A DNA stretch of 63,234 nt, counting the filler, from Reticulomyxa filosa (lineage: Eukaryota > Protista > Foraminifera), in the NCBI GenBank assembly GCA_000512085.1. It is 24 parts of 24 records of this genome, joined end to end, with 100 filler letters (N's around TTAATTAATTAA, not from the genome) between each part and the next. Parts side by side here need not be neighbours in the genome. Positions count along the whole stretch, not along the records: positions 26,062 to 27,424 come from ASPP01036381.1; positions 27,525 to 29,314 come from ASPP01002593.1; positions 29,415 to 35,502 come from ASPP01025742.1; positions 35,603 to 36,836 come from ASPP01049738.1; positions 36,937 to 38,051 come from ASPP01028017.1; positions 38,152 to 42,918 come from ASPP01008408.1; 18 more parts are not named here. One strand, written 5' to 3'. The position numbers were made by a program, and so were the translations under genes. Positions 26,062-38,317 of the stretch are shown here, piece after piece; position 1 is the first letter of the stretch, and the number at the start of each line of letters is the position of its first letter. The notes beneath the pieces are model-generated. The model did not search any database. It saw only the letters and a list, made by a program, of their open reading frames with translations, and was not told where the DNA came from.

Positions 26062-27424
26062 AATGGTAATGGTATTGACAATTGTCTCTCCGACACGAAC
26101 TCGGATCTGTCCTTAATTGACTATGAAGTAAATGTAGAGAGATAGGAATGGATGGCATTGGAAGGACTAAGTAGTGAATGAAGAGTTGGTTCCGCAACGC
26201 ATCAAAGATGCCAACGTGGTGATCAACACCATCGATACGCTTCGACAATCAATGCGTTATCGGATCGTAGCTGCAAGAGCGAAGACCGGTCATTCTGTGC
26301 GGCCCCTTCTGGCAGTGGCAAATCGATGACACTCAAAGATGTACTGAAAAGTAACCTTGCAATGCGCTAAACTTTTCATCGACAGCCCGATCCCAGTCTA
26401 TTGTTCAAGTGCTTCGATCAGCATTGCAAAGTACTTCAGATATCGCAAGGGTATACGTTGTGTCCCATTATGCCAAACAAGACATTAGTCATGTTCTGCG
26501 ACGAGTGCAATCTGCCTGCGGAAGATAAGTACGGCACGCAGGTAATCATTACATAATTGATTGAAAAGGGGGGGAGGGAGATACTAGAATCATGCAGATA
26601 GGAATTGGGTGCAATTGGAAAACATTCAAATCGTAGGCGCATGCAATTATCTCCTCGTTTTTTGAACCATTGTCCATTGGTATTGATCGACTTTCCAGAG
26701 ATAGAGAAAGAGAGAGAGAAACTCATTGTTGGAAATGTATAGCACGTTCGTTGGAACGCCGTTGAAGCTGACACCGTCGCTGAAAGGTCTGGGCGAAAAC
26801 ATCACGCACGCAATGATGGACGTATACCCAAAAGTCGCAACACTATACGTATACAGTCCGCGAGAGCTGAGTCGATGGGTGAGCGGCATGTATCGCATGT
26901 TGATCGACCTTGGAGAACGTAAGGAGGGCCACGACGGCGGGAAGAGATGGTGCGTCTGTGGGGGCACACGAAGTATTGCGTCTTGTTTAGTGATACCGCC
27001 TGGTGACGACAGAGGAAAAGGATTGGACATATGGAGATGTGCACTTGCACGCTGTCGACGATTTGGATCAGGCACTTGAGCAGACGATCTTGTTTTCGGA
27101 TTATCTGTCATGTCAAAAAAAAGGGAATTGGACCTGATCCGACGAAAAGCAACAGCATCTCGACGAACTGCAGCGGCATTTGAGCGTCGGACTGAAGATC
27201 CTGCACGAGACGGATGAGGAGGAGGTGGAAAAGCGACAGCTCGACCTGAATGAAAAGGAGACACAGCTGTCGGAGCAGCAGCGGATTGCTGACGAAAAGC
27301 TGCACCAGATGATGCACTCGGAGCAAGAGGTGACCAAGTCCAGAGAGGAGGCCATCCGAGTGGAGGAAGAGATTAGTAAGGAAATGGCGATGATTACGGC
27401 GCAAGCCAAGCCAGCATTGGAGTT
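26062..27424 (+). pseudogene. DYNC1H1: Cytoplasmic dynein heavy chain pseudogene (AAA3 region fused to stalk by deletion)
   Basis: VVINTIDTLR, RPVILCGP, LNFSST, KTLVMFCDECNLPAEDKYGTQ, FVGACN, PRFLNHCPLVLIDFP and YVYSPRELSRWV, followed by stalk HLSVGLKILHET...ADEKLHQM...AKPALE. Many frameshifts. Confidence 0.88.
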
Positions 27425-28050
27425 NNNNNNNNNNNNNNNNNNNNNNNNNNNNNNNNNNNNNNNNNNNNTTAATTAATTAANNNNNNNNNNNNNNNNNNNN
27501 NNNNNNNNNNNNNNNNNNNNNNNNATTCTAACATCAAAAAGACAAATTGGCAAAGTTAATCAAATGTCTGCACTCCCAACATTCAGTACAAAAAAAATTT
27601 TTAATTTTTAAACAGAATCTCTGTTTTATTTCATTTAGACATTTTTTTTAAACACTATCGTTGTGTTATTCTAGGATTTCGTTTTACTTTTTTCGGGCTA
27701 TAATTTAGATGCAATATTGCATTCTTTGGTATATTTCAACTTTGTTGCCAATTCTTAGCATTTAGTTGAAGGTGCATAGGCATCTCTTAAAAAAGAATTT
27801 CAAAAAATGTTTGTTTTCATTATCAAATAGTTTTAATTTTGGTTTACTTTTTTTACGTGTCAGGCAGCTGCTTATCTTTTTTCCGATCAATTAAAAATTT
27901 TTTTTTTGCATTTTGGAAAAATTAGGGAATGATTAGACATTCCAATCTCAAAATTTAAACACGACAAACAATCACCTTTACAAGATACATTGTTGAAAAG
28001 CAAAAAAAAAGAAAAACAGGAAATATATACTTATTCTATGATAATTTCAC

Positions 28051-29314
28051 TTAAATTTTTGATTTACAAAAATACGATGCAAATCGAAGGAAAACATTTT
28101 TTAAAAGGATTACAAGCATTTCTATTACACCTATTGCAGTTACATTTGATTTAAATACATTAACGTTACCTTAAAAAAAATAAACACAAAATATTTAGCA
28201 ACAAAGCTCCATATTGTCCTTTTTTTAAAAAAAGAATATTTAAGACAACTAATCTAAATTATAACAAATTACATTAATTTTGTTTTGAAAATAATGTCAG
28301 TGTTATTCCTTTTGCTCATTACTATAGTGCTTTCCAATCTTTGTGTCTATCATACCTTGTGTAGTAATTAATAATGTTATTTGAATTAAAAGAAAAGAAA
28401 TCAAGGTTTTTTTAAAATGATTTGTTTGAAAGTTTGCTAAATTGATATCAATGAACTTAGAGTCAAAACAAAAGAAATCACATTTTTTCTAGAGATGCAT
28501 TGATCATTGTTTTAAAAAGAAAGAAGTTTAAATTAAAATAATTGACACAGGTGCATAATTAGTGAAATTAAAACAAGAATTATCACGTTCAATTCTGCTG
28601 TTTTACTTTTGCCTCATCAAATTTATCATAAAATAACCCAAAAAATTTTTCGTTACTATTGCATCGTAAATTCATTACTTCAAAATAAAGCATTGCAAAT
28701 TACATAGTGTAACATTCGAATATAACCTTTGTTACATACTGTTTTATTAATCAATTGTTTTTATGCAGGAGAGAACAAATAATCGTTCTGCAAAAGACTA
28801 AGTACATATATAAAATATAAAATAATGTGTTCAACAGAATTATTTTTTTAATTGGATATTTTCAAAAACTACAATAAAAAAATGTGATTTCTTTTGTTTT
28901 GACTCTAAGTTCATTGATATCAATTTAGCAAACTTTCAAACAAATCATTTTAAAAAAACCTTGATTTCTTTTCTTTTAATTCAAATAACATTATTAATTA
29001 CTACACAAGGTATGATAGACACAAAGATTGGAAAGCACTATAGTAATGAGCAAAAGGAATAACACTGACATTATTTTCAAAACAAAATTAATGTAATTTG
29101 TTATAATTTAGATTAGTTGTCTTAAATATTCTTTTTTTAAAAAAAGGACAATATGGAGCTTTGTTGCTAAATATTTTGTGTTTATTTTTTTGAAGGTAAT
29201 GTTAATGTATTTAAATCAACTGTAACTGCAATATGTGTAATAGAAATATCTGTAATCCTTTTAAAAAATTTTTTCATTAAATTTGCATCATATTTTTGTA
29301 TATCAAAGATTTAA
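28051..29314. repeat. Long inverted repeat: arms ~28051-28488 and ~28877-29314, ~390-bp spacer
   Basis: The reverse complement of the right arm matches the left arm. The inner ~315 bp look identical and the outer ~120 bp carry scattered mismatches. Confidence 0.95.
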
Positions 29315-30299
29315 NNNNNNNNNNNNNNNNNNNNNNNNNNNNNNNNNNNNNNNNNNNNTTAATTAATTAANNNNNNNNNNNNNNNNNNNNNNNNNNNNNN
29401 NNNNNNNNNNNNNNAAGTAAGAAGTAGTTAACTGAGGAAGTTTAACCAAAGAGAGCTCCTCAGTTCCATACAAGTTCTACTATGTGTGATAAGGGCTTGC
29501 CCTACACATTGATTAATGACTAGTTTCAGTTTAAGACTTAACATTGAATCATCACACTGTATTGGTTATTCAATGTGTAACAGTTAAATCATATATGAAC
29601 TAAACATTTATAAAATATAATAATTCAATTAATTAAAATATATTATATAACACATGATATTAATACAAATAATTATCATATAATAAAATATTTGTATATA
29701 TAATGTAGAGTTGACAGCGGATAATTATATATCAAATTGTACATTGCTCAAATAATGTGAAATTAATAAAAATAAAAAGATCAAAATTGATTTATACATA
29801 ATGTTGAAGATGGAATCTTTTAAAGAATAATGTTAGAAATTGTGAAAATAACTAAGTATGCGAAAACTTTTTATAGAAGAATAGAACAAAAAGAAGATAA
29901 AATACATTTGATTTTTTTAATACAATTTTCGTCAATTTAATGTTTAAAAAAAAGTATTTATAGTTCATGAAATGTAGCTGTTTTTCAAGGAAAATCTAGA
30001 TAATCATTTTTTTTATTTTTATAATTTTTATGCAATATATGAGCATTATTAACTATAATTTGAAGAATATTTTAAAGTGTTTGCCATTCAATAAATTTTT
30101 GGTTAATGTTGTTTTTTAACATTTTGTTTGATAAAATGGAAGGTGAGCACTTTCATTTGGACTTTATCAATGCAATTCTGATCATACCATAATCATATAT
30201 TTAAAAATGTTGTTTATTTCTTATGTTTTTAGCTGGCCTTTAACTTTATCGTTACTTTTTTTTTTTGAGGTGCTCAATTGAGCCAAAACTCGATTCAAC

Positions 30300-31910
30300 A
30301 TGTCGCATAAAAGTAAACAAGATCATTCCGCTGGCTTGGTCCCTCAGCTCGGTCAATCAGTAAATAAATCCATTTCAACATTGCAAGCCAAAGTAGGAGA
30401 TACAACCTCGAAATTCTTGTCTCAAGCAGATGAAGTCATCAACCTAGTTTCTCAATCGACAGGTTAGACCAGCTCTTAAACAAAAAAATTTATTTCTTTT
30501 TAATTTGTGTGCAAAAAGTGTGATGCATGAAGCATGAAAAAAGTGAAAGTTGATGGATTGTGATTGGGTATAAAAGGCATGAACTTTGCGCCAGTGAAAA
30601 TTCCATTAGCCCGACGTCGCCAAACTTTGGCGGTATGGATTCATACCTCAGTGATATTTTTCTGCATAGGATTGAACTTTTGGGCGTTTCGATATTGGGA
30701 AGGATTGTATTTTTACATGTATATTGCGTACATAGGATGGAAATTAGTATATCAAACATTTCATAAAAATGGAGGATTACCGATTCCATGGTTGCGACAA
30801 TGTTTTTTTGTGGCAATGGTTTGCCGAGTATTTTCCAGTGACACTGCACAAAACCGTATCATTAGATCCTAATGACACCTATCTTTTTGGGTTACGTACA
30901 AAAACTAGTCCTTTTTTTTTTTGTTGTTGTTCATCCCCCTTTTTTATTCAAATGATTTTCAACTATGGTTTTGAAGAAAAGGGGGAGGAAAGGGCAAGTG
31001 ATTTTTTTTTTTTTTTTTGTGAAAAAAAAAAATGCTACGCACACACGCATATTTGCGTGAAAAACGTAAAGATTGTAGTATTGCCTAATATGCAAACATG
31101 TGTCTGTACATAAAAGATATCACCCACATGGGATAATTGGTATGGGCGCGTGGGCGGCATTTGCAAGTCAAGCCTCGGGCTGGGACGACTTGTTCCCCGG
31201 CGTGGACGTGCGCTTGGTGACGTTAAAGCTGAATTTCTTCATTCCATTTTTCGACTTGTTTTTAACGTTTATGGGCGTATGCGACGCCAGCAAAGAGTCT
31301 TGTGATGCCATACTGCACAATCGCTCGTCTCTCGCTATCGTCCTTGGCGGGGCCAAAGAAGCCTTGGACGCACACGCTGGTGACGTGGTTTTGTTTTTGG
31401 CCGAGCGAAAAGGTTTTGTCAAAGTTGCTTTGTCCAATGGTGCCTCATTGGTACCCGTTTTTGGCTTTGGTGAAAATGATTTGTACTTCCAGGTTTGATA
31501 TTGAAAATACCATTTTTTTTAAATTTTTTTTTGTGAGTGCAAGAAAATGACGAATATTAGTAAACAATTAATAATAATAATAATAATAATGATAACAAAA
31601 GGTGTCAAATCCAAAAGGGTCAATTGTCCGACAGTTTCAAGAAAGAGTACAACAAAGGATTGGATTTGCAGTTCCAATATTTCGAGGGCGTGGAATATTT
31701 CAATATAATTTTGGCTTACTTCCTAAACGAGTTCCGATTAATATTGTCTTTGGGGAACCTATTAAGTGTCCCAAATTACCGCCCGAAGAAATAACAAATG
31801 AAATATTAGATAGATATCATCGGCAATACGTGGAGTCTTTAAAACAATTGTTTGATTCGCATAAACACAAATTTTATCATGCACCTCTCCCACAATTAAT
31901 TTTCAGATAA
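30300..31910 (+). CDS. DGAT2: Diacylglycerol O-acyltransferase 2 (DGAT2/MOGAT family), 4 exons
   Basis: FAP.KIPLARRRQT, EYFPVTL, FG|YHPHG, GGAKEAL, RKGFVKVAL..GASLVPVFGFGEN and GLLPKRVPINIVFGEPI. Introns at 30473-30576, 30891-31116 and 31493-31601. One frameshift in the poly-T at ~30803-30809. Confidence 0.95.
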
Positions 31911-32375
31911 TCTTTTTTTTTATGTATACCCTTCTCTCCTCACCAGCGCATCCTTCATCCAAAGGAAAGTCAACTGTTGTTGTTTTTTTCTTTGCATTTG
32001 ATTTGATTACTATCAAAATATCAGAAGAAATTTGCATCCTTTTTGTCATTTTCTTTTTTTTGGGGTGAGGGAATTTGACATAATCTTCTGAAAAATTCAC
32101 TTTTTATATGAGCAAGGTCATCACTTTCGTTTACTTACTTTGATGTCCATATTTTTTTCATTCCGTGTAGTTCTGTTAAAATACTTATATATATTAGTCA
32201 AGAATATGACTCTACAGCAAACAATTACAAAAACGACATGTTGAAAATCGAAATCAGTAATAAAATTGAGGGTAAAAAAAAAGAAAATGTTGCAGTGCAG
32301 CAATTATAAGTAAAAAAAAAGCAAAAATGATTGAATAATGAATAACACGCTTGGGCAAAGGAGCACAAGAAAAAA

Positions 32376-33905
32376 ATGCCTGATTCAGTATCTAATGTCG
32401 AACGCAAAGATATTTGCCAAGTTATTTGGTCCACGACAAAATCAATTTTATTTAATCATCTTCTATTGATTGGGTTGGTATTAGTGGTGATATTAGGCGC
32501 AACAGTGCCTTCCATAGGTCACAAAGGAGGCCCGTTGAAACCTGAAATAACAACAAGCTGGTTATGTGTGATAGTGATATTTTTTAATAGTGGCCTGAAT
32601 GTAAAGACTCAAGAGCTTGCTCATGCGGCCTTGTATTGGAGATTGAACATATTTGTTCATTTTTTTGTATTTGTTTGGTACCCTGCGATAGGATTTGCCT
32701 TGGTCAGTATTTTGAAAGCAACGACAACGATATCGGTTGCAATGTTAAATGGCTTGTTAGTGACAACATGTTTGCCGACAACCATTAGCAGTGCTGTGGT
32801 GCTGACAATGAACTGTGGTGGAAATGAAGCAGCAGCCATCATTAACACAGCATTAACCAACGTGATTGGTAAGGGTGTGAAAACATAAGTGTTAAAAAAA
32901 AAAAAAAGGGGGATCGAAACAAAAACAAAAAAAAATGTAGGCATAATGGTAACACCAGGATTGGTGCTATTATTGCTAGGTGGAGGAAGTGGAATCGACA
33001 TTAAAGAGGTTCTATTTTTGTTGATGATGAGAGTATTAATACCATTTGTGATTGGTCAGTTGGTTCGAAGCCTGTATTGTCCGCTTTGCCGTCGTAAGGC
33101 TGATACGTATAACACGTGTTTGAAATGGCAACTACAAAAAAAGAATAGTGCGACCACGATATTTCACATGGATAAATTCATTGGCAAATTCAAATCACAG
33201 AGTAAAGTTTTGAATGAAGTACTGTTGCTATTAATTGTATTGACAGCCATTAGTGAGTTATTTTATTCGGGCGTGGATGCATCCTTTTCGGACATTGCTA
33301 TTACATTTTGCCTTGTTACCATCTTGCACATACTCACTTTAGCAATCGTGTGGTTTGTTTTTCCGTCAATATCTCTTTTTTTGTTTATTGTAGCTTGTCT
33401 TATATATATGTATACATTGGATGCATATTTAACCTCTTTTTATAGGGGCATTAGCTCTATTTCACAATGCCAGAAAAAGGACAACCTACAAGATCCTACC
33501 GCAATGACCTCCAACAGCCAAGATAACAAACAGTTTTGGATTCAAACATGTTTGTTTATTTATTTATTTGTTAGTAATGAATGGTTTGTGCACTTAAGGA
33601 CGAGTTGGTCGCAATTTACCTTTGGTGATCGTGCGGCAATGTTGTTTTGCTCCTCTCAGAAAACAATTGCCTTTGGTGTACCAATGATATCGACGTTATA
33701 CCAAAACAAAACTGATTTGGGAATTTATTTGGTCCCTTTGCTCTTATTCCATCCAATGCAGTTAGTTGTTGACTCCTTTCTTGTTCCAGTGCTTAGAAAA
33801 AAAATTCAAAATGCGCAAATACAAGCCAATATTCTACCTTTGAAAGAATATAGCATTGAGATGAGTGCGCCTAATTCTGATTCTAGTCAAGAACGGCTAC
33901 AGTAA
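32376..33905 (+). CDS. SLC10A7: SLC10A7/RCH1-like sodium:bile-acid symporter family (SBF-like) transporter
   Basis: IFFNSGL, CLPTTISSAVVLT..CGGNEAAAIIN and FCSSQKTIAFGVPM...PLLLFHPMQL. Intron at 32869-32940; possible extra in-frame introns at ~33365-33445 and ~33554-33598. Confidence 0.9.
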
Positions 33906-34935
33906 ACATATTTAAACAATCAAATTCTACTGCTCCCTGTGTTCACAATGGTAAGAATTTGCGCATTATCACTAGTTTCAAACAGATAAATAAGTTGCAA
34001 ACAAATCTGAAAACAAATTAATTATAAATCTATTTATTGTTTTCCCCTTTTGGTTTTAAGGATTGGAAAGAATGATGGATATGAAAAAGGAAGCAAGAAA
34101 ATAAATGGACATTTATTTTCAATGCATTCCCATCATAATAATGTTCCCAACAATTAGGTTATTACATTGCTAATATCTGTTGTCATTTCATCTTTTTTCT
34201 TTTCAAATCCTTCATTTCTATAATAAAAAAGAGGTATTGCTTGAATATTCAACCTCGTATAGGACAAGACCCTACTGATTAAAGGAGAAGTTCCACTTGG
34301 AACGAAGGAATCCTTTTCCTCCAACAAAACAACCTTCACACTTCTTTGACTTTAGCCTTATCAGTGTGTTGGTCATTCCTTCATTATTTCAATTTTTCTC
34401 TTTCTGACATCATTCAATAACAACTTTCGTATTTGATAATATATATCTATATGATGATATATCAATGTGATATTATCTATGTTGGGTGGGTTGTTCTGTG
34501 TTAATCATTAAACTGTCACTAGTTGTTAATCAGGGCATAGGGATATGGGATATTGTATAGATTAAATCACCGTCATAAATCTTTTTTTTTATGATAATTA
34601 CATTAATGTGCATTAGATTAAAAAAAAAACTGATATACCAAAATGCATGAAAAACAAATTTTTTACTTTTTTTTTAAAACGGTTTCACTAATAATAAATG
34701 ATTTGTTTTTGATTTATATATTTCAATAAGCTCTTTTTTAAGAAAAAACCTTATTAATATAATTATGCTTTCTTTTTGCAATGCAAACATAAATTAATAT
34801 CATTACATAAACAAATCTAATATTTACTATTTCACACGCAAAACATGTTCATTGAATAAGATATCCTTTTTTTTGTACAACAAATTTCAAACTGTTTCGC
34901 AATATTAACGTCGTAATTTCTAAAGAAGATCGCAA

Positions 34936-35429
34936 TGGCACAAGCACCAGCAACTATGAGTTATGTACTAACTTTCAATTTATCTTTTTACTGAAATATA
35001 AAACAATAACAAAAACATGTAGAATTGTCAGAACTACTAAAAAAAGTAGTAGCAAGCCATAGTGATCTATTTAATAAAAAAATTGACAACGATGCGTATA
35101 ATAAGAACTCAATTGCCGCAGTAAACAAAAAACTGAAGGCCAGAATATCGCGAGAATATGTAAATATAATATTTACAGATGAAAAAAAATGGGAGCAGTC
35201 TGATGACTGTGGTAATGATGAAATTATAGATAACTATTTGAATAATTTAACTATTATATTATGTTATCTTTGGAAAAAAGTATTAAATAATAATGAAAAA
35301 GAACAAAAAAATTATCATATTTTTGTATCACGACGCAATATCGCGTACAAAATAGCATTTGCAGCGCCATATTTGTCACCTAGTTGCACACTATATGATC
35401 AAAAATTGACAATTTACATGGGACTTTAA
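34936..35429 (+). CDS. Hypothetical protein (spliced, possibly degenerate)
   Basis: ATG at 34936, a short intron ending TAG at ~35022, then a 134-codon ORF. Confidence 0.35.
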
Positions 35430-37877
35430 AATCAACAATAAAAGGATTACTTAGTTCTTCTTTACGACAAGTTTCCTTACTTTCGTTGCAAGGCATGTGC
35501 TTNNNNNNNNNNNNNNNNNNNNNNNNNNNNNNNNNNNNNNNNNNNNTTAATTAATTAANNNNNNNNNNNNNNNNNNNNNNNNNNNNNNNNNNNNNNNNNN
35601 NNACTTTTATTAAAAACAAAATACATTTTTGGATTCACCACGATATATATATTTCATTTAAGCAAAATTTTAAAAAGTTTTTTTAAATAAATTTGATTGT
35701 AAATTTTTGCGTCAGTTCATTTTAGGGGATTTTTTTTTTTATGTTAATAAAAGATCATAACAATTAATTGTTTTCCAATTATTTTAATATTCTTTGGAAG
35801 TTGATGGAAGTATCAGCATTGTTAATTTCTTGTACTACACATTTAATAATTATCAATTAACTGTCAAAATACTTTGACAGAGTTTATGCAGTACGATTTA
35901 AGAATTGTTACTACTAAATGAAAATTATGTCATTGATCACTAACTAATTGCCGTAGTGTCAATGTAGCCCAGTAAAAATGGATATAAAAAAACTCACTAA
36001 AAAGAGAACTTTTAACATATCACTTCAATGGATGTCATTTTAGGCATGCAGTTTTTTTTTCTAACTTGTGTAGTACGCATTCCAAACACAATCAATTTTC
36101 ATTTTCAGAATATCAAAGCAATCGAAAGCATAAAATCAATTCGGAGTTAGTATTTCTTCATAAAAAACATTGACGTTTAATATTCAAATGTCTGACTTAA
36201 ATGACTAACACATAAATTTTACACACACAAACGAGTAAGCAAATTGTCAATATATTGAATGTTATTCTATAAGAGCTTTTCAGTTAGCAAACAAATGGTC
36301 TTGTTCATGAAAGGAAAACACTGTCAACAAACAAATACAAAGCAATCCATTTTTTTCTTCTGTTCTGAAGATTTTCAAACAAAGGAGAATCAGATTTTGT
36401 ACTAAAAATATGTAATCTGTACAAAAATCAGTCAAAATATTTTTTTTTAGAATATTAACGATCCTTTTTAAAAATGAAATATGTACTACAGAAAAAATGA
36501 TATACTCTATCATTTGACTGAATTGGAAGAACTTTTATTAGATGATAGTTAGTTTAATTTATAACACAACATATAGAATTTTCCAAAAAGCTTATCTAGT
36601 TCCATACTCAAAGATAATATCATACTATGAAAAAATGTACAAATATATCTGCTCTTATCTCAATGATGTCCAACTAATTGGATATTGTGTTGTACAATTG
36701 AATCATTATATCTTGTCCATGTCAATAATATCATTTGCGTATATTCATCTTCACTTTCTGCTTTTGCATTCCATGTACATTGTCCTTATATGTTTTTTCA
36801 TCAAAAACATGATTTATATTTGACCTTGCAAACAAANNNNNNNNNNNNNNNNNNNNNNNNNNNNNNNNNNNNNNNNNNNNTTAATTAATTAANNNNNNNN
36901 NNNNNNNNNNNNNNNNNNNNNNNNNNNNNNNNNNNNCCCTTTTTTTTCACTTCTCCTTTTTTTCTTCTAAAAGACGTTACAAGAAGTTGATAAACTAAAA
37001 CTTTCTCACAAAAACAGTTTATATATTACAATTTTAAGTTTTGAAATTATTACAGCAGATTTATTCTGAGAATTTGGACCGCATAGACAAACCCCACTTC
37101 TTTGTACAATTCGTCGATATTGCCTTTCATTTTACTGATCTCTTTTTTATACTTTTCTTTTATTTATTTCAGCTCCAATTGATGTCCTTCTTGCTGCTTA
37201 ATCAATAGTTGCTGCGTATTTGCAAATTTGATCTTATATTTGACGTAGAGTTTTTTGTATTGAATGCAAATGTTATAGTCTTCTTTATCAAGAAGAATTT
37301 ATCGTAATTATGCTCCTTTACAAAATTGTCAAATTTTGCTTTATGCTATTCATTACAGAATTTAATTCAGTTCAAACCAGTAACAGATGATATTTCTTCT
37401 ATTCTGTTTAGTATAATTTTGAAATGTTGCTAAACGAATTTCTAGCCACTATTTTGTAAATATTCACAATATTACATCCAACGACCCATTCTAATACTAA
37501 CCCATTACAATTACTGTTACTATTAATAACATTGCTTTATTTGCCGCGAATGAAATTAGCATTGGTATCAGTATTCGTATTAGTGTGTGAAGAAGGAAGG
37601 TTATTATAGTTTCCTTGCTGTGGATGTTCCACACTACTACCATCATAGTCATGTCCATTCACGCCAGATGAAGCAGGCAATTGAATTGATATGTTTGTTG
37701 CAAATTATTCTCCTTTTACTTGTTGAACATAATTATTATGTTACTTTTTTTTTTCTTGCAACAATTTTATTTTCAAATAATTTTAAAAAATGTCAACTTT
37801 TTCGTTAATATAATTTACTTATGTTATTTTTTTTTAAGGGGCTTGCCAGCAACCTTTTTTTTAAAAAAGCGATTAAA

Positions 37878-38051
37878 ATGGCTAATTCAGCCTTTGAAAA
37901 CTTGGAAAGATCCCCCATTCCATTTAATCAGACTCAAGGCGTTTTGTACCAAAACGAAATTCTTCTTTGTGGAGATCAAGACAAAAGAGATTGTTATACA
38001 ATCAAAAATGAATACAAGTTAATATGTTATTATCCAGACAATATTAATTTG
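37878..38051 (+). CDS. Kelch/beta-propeller family member, N-terminal fragment
   Basis: MANSAFENLERSPIPFNQTQGVLYQNEILLCG parallels the N-termini at 48715(-) and 57298(+). Confidence 0.6.
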
Positions 38052-38317
38052 NNNNNNNNNNNNNNNNNNNNNNNNNNNNNNNNNNNNNNNNNNNNTTAAT
38101 TAATTAANNNNNNNNNNNNNNNNNNNNNNNNNNNNNNNNNNNNNNNNNNNNTTTTTTTTTTTAAATATATGTGTATACATATATGTATATGTATATGAAT
38201 ATATAAATGTATATGTGTATATAAATATATATTTATATTTATCTATATATGTATTATATATATATATATATATGTATATCTTCTCTAATTGGAATCAATT
38301 AGGTTCAAATTACCCTA

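Noticed and set aside
30800-30812. DGAT2 as a pseudogene or recoded gene
   Set aside because: The only lesion is in a poly-T run, and all catalytic motifs and splice sites are intact.
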